NCBI GenBank assembly: GCA_964497315.1
Contig: CAZCCH010000004.1
Location: forward strand, 18,307 to 82,306
DNA length: 64,000 nt
Source of the DNA: an uncultured Planctomycetia bacterium
GTDB lineage: Bacteria; Omnitrophota; Gorgyraeia; Taenaricolales; CAZCCH01
Direction of reading: 5' to 3'
Positions 60,019-64,000 of this stretch are shown here, piece by piece (the stretch's first letter is position 1; each line of letters begins with the position of its first letter). The notes beneath the pieces are model-generated. The model saw only the letters and a list, made by a program, of their open reading frames with translations. It had not been told where the DNA came from and did not search any database. The position numbers and the translations under genes are program-made.

Positions 60019-60938
60019 AGGACCTTATAGCTCTCAAAAAGCAAGTTATGATCTTGGCATCCAACCAACAATCTATTCTTCTTCATCGATATTATGTCGC
60101 CTATCTCTGATTCCTTTTTACCCAAATCACGTTTTATTATCCTGGGTTCTCCGACCAGTATTTTTCTGTTATTCGAGATAATATAGGTTTTAACAAACGG
60201 TGTTGATGCCCTGAAACATCTGCAAATATCTGCAGCGGATTTATTCAAGTCAAGAAATTGGTCTTCGACATTTTTATAATATGACTCCCTGTCCTTGCCC
60301 TGCGCTATCCGTTTAACACTACCATTGGCAATAGAATTTAAAACTGAGCGTACGTTCCTACCTGCTAATTTGGCACATTTCTCTGCGAGGCTGCCTGCTG
60401 TATCATTAATATCTATACTAACCTTATCTTTCAATATAATGTCACCTGTATCTATGCCAAGATCTATATAATGGAATGTAAAACCTGTTTCTTGCTCATC
60501 GTTAATTATGATCCAATAAAAGGGGTTGGGACCCCTGAATTTCGGTAGTAATGACGGGTGGCAATTTATGCATCCATAACGCGGAAAGTTTATCAGGGTG
60601 CTTGATAATCTTTCTTCCCAGCCTGCAACTAAAATTAAATTCACATGCTTCCTTTCCAGTAAGTGGCGAAATGAAGGACTATTAGTGGACTCAGTAATAA
60701 TTATAGGAACTTTAAAACGGGTCACAGCTGCATACAACTTATTACTTCTAAAATTAAAGCGTAGTTTTAGAAATAAAGAAATTCGGAATAAGGTTTTGCG
60801 AATCACACTAATCTTGAAACGTACAGCATAACTTTTAGGAATGAGAAATGTTATGCCCTTTACATTATGTCCTGAAGTCACGATGGGATCGATTAAATAT
60901 CTGGCCCATTCAACGCCAAAGAATAAAACAATATTCAT
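60015..60938 (-). CDS. Formyltransferase-domain protein (ArnA-N / sugar N-formyltransferase-like).
   Basis: The product is 307 aa. The core CHPSLLPKFRGPNPFYWIIINDEQETGFTFHYIDLGIDTGDIILK aligns to the formyl_trans_N motif, with the catalytic His and Asp. The N-terminal ~90 aa are atypical. Confidence 0.65.
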   Translation of the reverse strand: MNIVLFFGVEWARYLIDPIVTSGHNVKGITFLIPKSYAVRFKISVIRKTLFRISLFLKLRFNFRSNKLYAAVTRFKVPIIITESTNSPSFRHLLERKHVNLILVAGWEERLSSTLINFPRYGCINCHPSLLPKFRGPNPFYWIIINDEQETGFTFHYIDLGIDTGDIILKDKVSIDINDTAGSLAEKCAKLAGRNVRSVLNSIANGSVKRIAQGKDRESYYKNVEDQFLDLNKSAADICRCFRASTPFVKTYIISNNRKILVGEPRIIKRDLGKKESEIGDIISMKKNRLLVGCQDHNLLFESYKVL

Positions 60939-61669
60939 CTCACCTTCCTAAATAATAGCACCATCTCTGAAAAATCCTGCCTAAATAATGAATTAAAAGA
61001 ACTTGGGATTTTATTTGCGGAAATAAAAAGGTTATATCCACAAAATGGGCATATCGTGCGCATTGGCCTTCTCTCTGATCTATTGAAAACAATCTGTTTC
61101 AGACGCATTGTCAGATCATGCAATTTAAAACGTGGTGGTTCGCAGTACTTGAAATCCAAAAGTTCAAAATTTGGAAAAATTTCCAATATACTATCCTTGG
61201 TAAAACTCCTTGCGTGCCAGTTTAAATGAAATACCTCACCACATCCGGGACACTTTGTGGTGTTTAAGGTTATATCCTCGTTGTTGGGTACATTAATAAG
61301 TATATATTTGCTACTTAGTGCCTGCACCTGACTTATGACCCTGGATAAAAGCTCATCGCTTAAATGTTCTAGGATATCGCTCAGTAAAATTAAATCAAAT
61401 GTGCCCTTCTTGAACGGGAGATTCTCTGCGGCAGCCTGTAATTTCTTTGCTTGTACATGTATCAATGCCTCTATGCTAAAATCGATAGCGACAACATCAA
61501 ATCGTTTTGCTAATGGATTACATATGATACCGTCACCGCACCCAACATCAAGTACGGTTTTCACATCATCCGGTATAGTAAGGTTAATAGCATTTAACCT
61601 GCTTACCTCATGATCACCTATCTCTGCAGCGCTTTTCCCATCGCGAGGCAAGTCATAGTATGTCAGCAT
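60935..61669 (-). CDS. Class I SAM-dependent methyltransferase.
   Basis: The product is 244 aa. It has the motif I VLDVGCGDGIICNPLAKRF and C-terminal CxxC pairs (CPGCG...CPFCG). Confidence 0.6.
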   Translation of the reverse strand: MLTYYDLPRDGKSAAEIGDHEVSRLNAINLTIPDDVKTVLDVGCGDGIICNPLAKRFDVVAIDFSIEALIHVQAKKLQAAAENLPFKKGTFDLILLSDILEHLSDELLSRVISQVQALSSKYILINVPNNEDITLNTTKCPGCGEVFHLNWHARSFTKDSILEIFPNFELLDFKYCEPPRFKLHDLTMRLKQIVFNRSERRPMRTICPFCGYNLFISANKIPSSFNSLFRQDFSEMVLLFRKVR

Positions 61670-62628
61670 AATGATTTCTCTCGATTATTAATTAGATCAA
61701 ACTGCAATGACTGTTTTAACCTCCAAAAAAACCACATCCTATAAATAGACATCTTCTCTCTCATAGTTTTATCATGCGGAGACCATCTATCTGCAGCACC
61801 CTTAAAGGCTTCCTCTCTTGTGATATCGTAAAGGGATAACAATAGGCAAAAATTAAATTTATTATACATTCTATCCGACAATTTTTTTCCAGGATAATAC
61901 CAACTCCACAAGTTATTAAAATTCCAAATAGATATCTGCCTGGTTAGGGTATTAATGCCTTCATCAAACAAAATTTTTGCTCGGCTGGAATTTGTGTATT
62001 TAAATGCATCGTATAAACCCAATAGAGCGACCAAAAAACCGTCTAATATGCGTACTGAATCATTGGTGCCATGATATTCTTCATAAAATACAAGTCCTTC
62101 TCTTTTAGACTTCACGCCACCATCTCTTACTTCTGTCTCAAATAAATTTAAGATATTCTCAAAATCCTCAATATATCTTTCATCATTTTTAAGTCTATAA
62201 ACCCTACTCAATAAACTTAACGCCATGCCATGACCCATAGCTGATATCCAAGGAGGCGTAAGTAAAATTCCGTCTTCCACCCAAGGATAGTCATGAGCCC
62301 AAAAACAACCCCTCTTATTATCTCTCGAAACATTTTTTATAAGCCAATCTGCTTGCTTATAGGTTTTTCTAAGCCATTTTTCTGACTTATTTTTCAAATA
62401 GCTCTGCAAGCAAAATATTCCCCATATAGCAACAAATAAATAGTTTCGCTGGACTCCAATAGGAGATTTGTATTTTCTTAAAGGAATTTTATCTTCATCG
62501 AAAGTCAGGTGAAAATAATCTGCAACATCCATGCCTGTAAAGTCAACATAATAATTTATGTCTCCTGATGCATCTGACACATGTAAGGGAAAATCTAAAT
62601 TTAGGTAATTTCTGAGCATCTTAAGCAC
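61663..62628 (-). CDS. D-glucuronyl C5-epimerase C-terminal-domain homologue (C5-epim_C).
   Basis: The product is 321 aa. WISAMGHGMALSLLSRVY matches metazoan GLCE WISAMAQGQAIS.LVRAY. YEEYHGT...ILDGFLVALLGLYD matches YEEYPTT..VLNGFMYSLIGLYD. RWSPHD matches RWKSY. Confidence 0.55.
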   Translation of the reverse strand: MLKMLRNYLNLDFPLHVSDASGDINYYVDFTGMDVADYFHLTFDEDKIPLRKYKSPIGVQRNYLFVAIWGIFCLQSYLKNKSEKWLRKTYKQADWLIKNVSRDNKRGCFWAHDYPWVEDGILLTPPWISAMGHGMALSLLSRVYRLKNDERYIEDFENILNLFETEVRDGGVKSKREGLVFYEEYHGTNDSVRILDGFLVALLGLYDAFKYTNSSRAKILFDEGINTLTRQISIWNFNNLWSWYYPGKKLSDRMYNKFNFCLLLSLYDITREEAFKGAADRWSPHDKTMREKMSIYRMWFFWRLKQSLQFDLINNREKSLC

Positions 62629-63731
62629 GCCGGGTATACTCCATTTCTTTTTAACTTTTTCCTAAAATCACGGAAATTGCTATTATTCCATATAAATCTA
62701 AAGCTTGACTTATGGATATTTCCAAAAACAACATTAAAGCAACGCATTCTAGGGATTACTTCACCTCTTGCTGTAATCTGCGCCATAACCCAAGGAGACT
62801 GACACCTACTGCCATCATATAGAACTTTTTCCGGATCGCAATAATAAGTACCTAAAAGATCTCTACTAAGTATCTTAGTATAAATCCTAATTCCTGAGGC
62901 CCTCCCCAGTTTCTTAGCATCTTTTAACTGCTGTAAAAGTACGGGGATATCAATTCTGTCCAAATCTTGACCATTAATACCACTCTTAGAAACAGTAATA
63001 TCAGGGTGCTTTAAGTTATGTTTCTGTGCAACCTCCTCAGTTATAAAGTTTAAATGCGAAAAAGTAATTGAAGATAACCCTTTTTCCTTTATAGCTTCTA
63101 CTGTTTCTACTAAATTATGAAAATTTGAGTTTGAAATCGTATATATTATGTGCATTTTAGGACTTCGAATGCCGTATTGTTTTTTAAAGTGCTTTATTCT
63201 TTCAATGCCATCTAGGATTTGTTCATATATCCCTATTTTTCCGCGAATTTTCTCATGCACGGCCTTTGTGCCATCTAGTGAAATAAAAATATCGTCAAGC
63301 TTTAATTTTACAAGTGACTCTGCATGCCTGACCAAAAACACCCCATTTGTCGTCAGGCTGCAATGCAACACATTCTCTTTTACATAACCGACAATTCTGG
63401 CTATATCAGGGTGCAAGAGAGGTTCACGAGAAGTCAAAGAGATTGAAGGTTGGAAAAATTTCACGTTATCAACTATATTCTTAAAGTTATCAAATGAAAG
63501 AATTGCGTTTTCGCTTACGGTTCCGGCGTTTTTTGTAAAGGTAGAACTTGGCAAATTCTTAGCCGCATCGCACATCTCGCATCTTAAATTGCAAGTGGTA
63601 TTAACGGCTATGAATAATACTGATGGGGATAAAGCGCGCCCGTTACCAAGATAGTAAAACACTCTTTTATTTAATTCGTACCTAGCTTTGGAATAAAGCT
63701 TACCGTAATTGATATTAATGAGTTTACGCAT
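62601..63731 (-). CDS. Radical SAM enzyme (SPASM/twitch-like C-terminal Cys).
   Basis: The product is 376 aa. It has the N-terminal cluster motif NTTCNLRCEMCD and the C-terminal cysteines CQSP....CLRCSE. Confidence 0.75.
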   Translation of the reverse strand: MRKLININYGKLYSKARYELNKRVFYYLGNGRALSPSVLFIAVNTTCNLRCEMCDAAKNLPSSTFTKNAGTVSENAILSFDNFKNIVDNVKFFQPSISLTSREPLLHPDIARIVGYVKENVLHCSLTTNGVFLVRHAESLVKLKLDDIFISLDGTKAVHEKIRGKIGIYEQILDGIERIKHFKKQYGIRSPKMHIIYTISNSNFHNLVETVEAIKEKGLSSITFSHLNFITEEVAQKHNLKHPDITVSKSGINGQDLDRIDIPVLLQQLKDAKKLGRASGIRIYTKILSRDLLGTYYCDPEKVLYDGSRCQSPWVMAQITARGEVIPRMRCFNVVFGNIHKSSFRFIWNNSNFRDFRKKLKRNGVYPACLRCSEIT

Positions 63732-64000
63732 GATATGAGCTAAATAAGTTTGTGCATCTGTAACCAGCTGGAAATAGTTTGTTTTTCCTAAGGCGCTTTC
63801 TAAATTCTTTATACGGCTTGCCTAACCATATATCTTTGAAATCTTTTTCATTTACATTGCCCATTTTTAAGCCGAAACACTTAAAGCCTGGCGTCACATC
63901 GCCATTGGGTAATAGCCAACAGTATTTCCACGGATAATAACAGCGGTTAAAATGGCTTACCGGCTCTAGGTGCTTTTTATAATAGGTGATGAGGTCATCG
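63724..64000 (-). CDS. C-terminal SPASM-domain fragment of a further radical-SAM-type protein (gene continues beyond the window end).
   Basis: The reverse-complement frame reads ..CYYPWKYCWLLPNGDVTPGFKCFGLKMGNVNEKDFKDIWLGKPYKEFRKRL..RCTNLF..*. Its stop overlaps the start of the 62601..63731 gene. It is not in the ORF track because it has no in-window start. Confidence 0.5.
   Translation of the reverse strand, partial: DDLITYYKKHLEPVSHFNRCYYPWKYCWLLPNGDVTPGFKCFGLKMGNVNEKDFKDIWLGKPYKEFRKRLRKNKLFPAGYRCTNLFSSYHA

Overview
This window is a low-GC bacterial chromosomal segment in which every supportable gene is on the minus strand. There are about 54 tightly packed genes, many with 4-nt start/stop overlaps. 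All plus-strand ORFs in the track sit antisense inside these genes and are treated as spurious. I found no rRNA, tRNA, CRISPR array or mobile element. The low-coordinate end holds housekeeping genes: tpiA (partial), pgk, gap, two tandem GalT-like HIT-family uridylyltransferases, fmt, priA and a family-4 uracil-DNA glycosylase. From about 8 kb to the window end (at least 56 kb) runs one continuous cell-envelope glycoconjugate megacluster. Its LPS-type parts include a GmhB heptose phosphatase, a GT9 heptosyltransferase, a WecA-like initiating transferase, an MsbA-like ABC exporter, an O-antigen-ligase-like membrane protein, many GT2 and GT4 glycosyltransferases, and polyprenyl-phosphate GT2s (one with C-terminal TM helices) plus an ArnT-like GT-C. 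Nucleotide-sugar tailoring genes include two Gfo/Idh/MocA oxidoreductases, a DegT aminotransferase, a hexapeptide acetyltransferase, an SDR epimerase/decarboxylase, a formyltransferase, two AsnB-like amidotransferases and two ArnD/NodB-like deacetylase domains. Unexpectedly, teichoic-acid-like parts sit in the same array: a UgtP/MGDG-synthase-like glycolipid synthase, a TagB/TagF-like CDP-alcohol phosphotransferase, an LtaS-like Thr-nucleophile enzyme and a membrane-anchored NPP-type phosphodiesterase. The cluster also carries an ATP sulfurylase, a pyruvate-kinase-barrel/LicC-like nucleotidyltransferase fusion, a metazoan-type D-glucuronyl C5-epimerase C-domain homologue, a trans-polyprenyl diphosphate synthase, a stand-alone homocysteine S-methyltransferase domain, and a dense tailoring layer. 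That layer comprises four B12-binding radical-SAM enzymes, at least two SPASM/other radical-SAM enzymes (one truncated at the window edge) and five class-I SAM methyltransferases. The best candidate for an undescribed system is this radical-SAM-rich, possibly sulfated or uronate-epimerised and phosphodiester-decorated glycolipid or glycan pathway, together with its unusual domain fusions.
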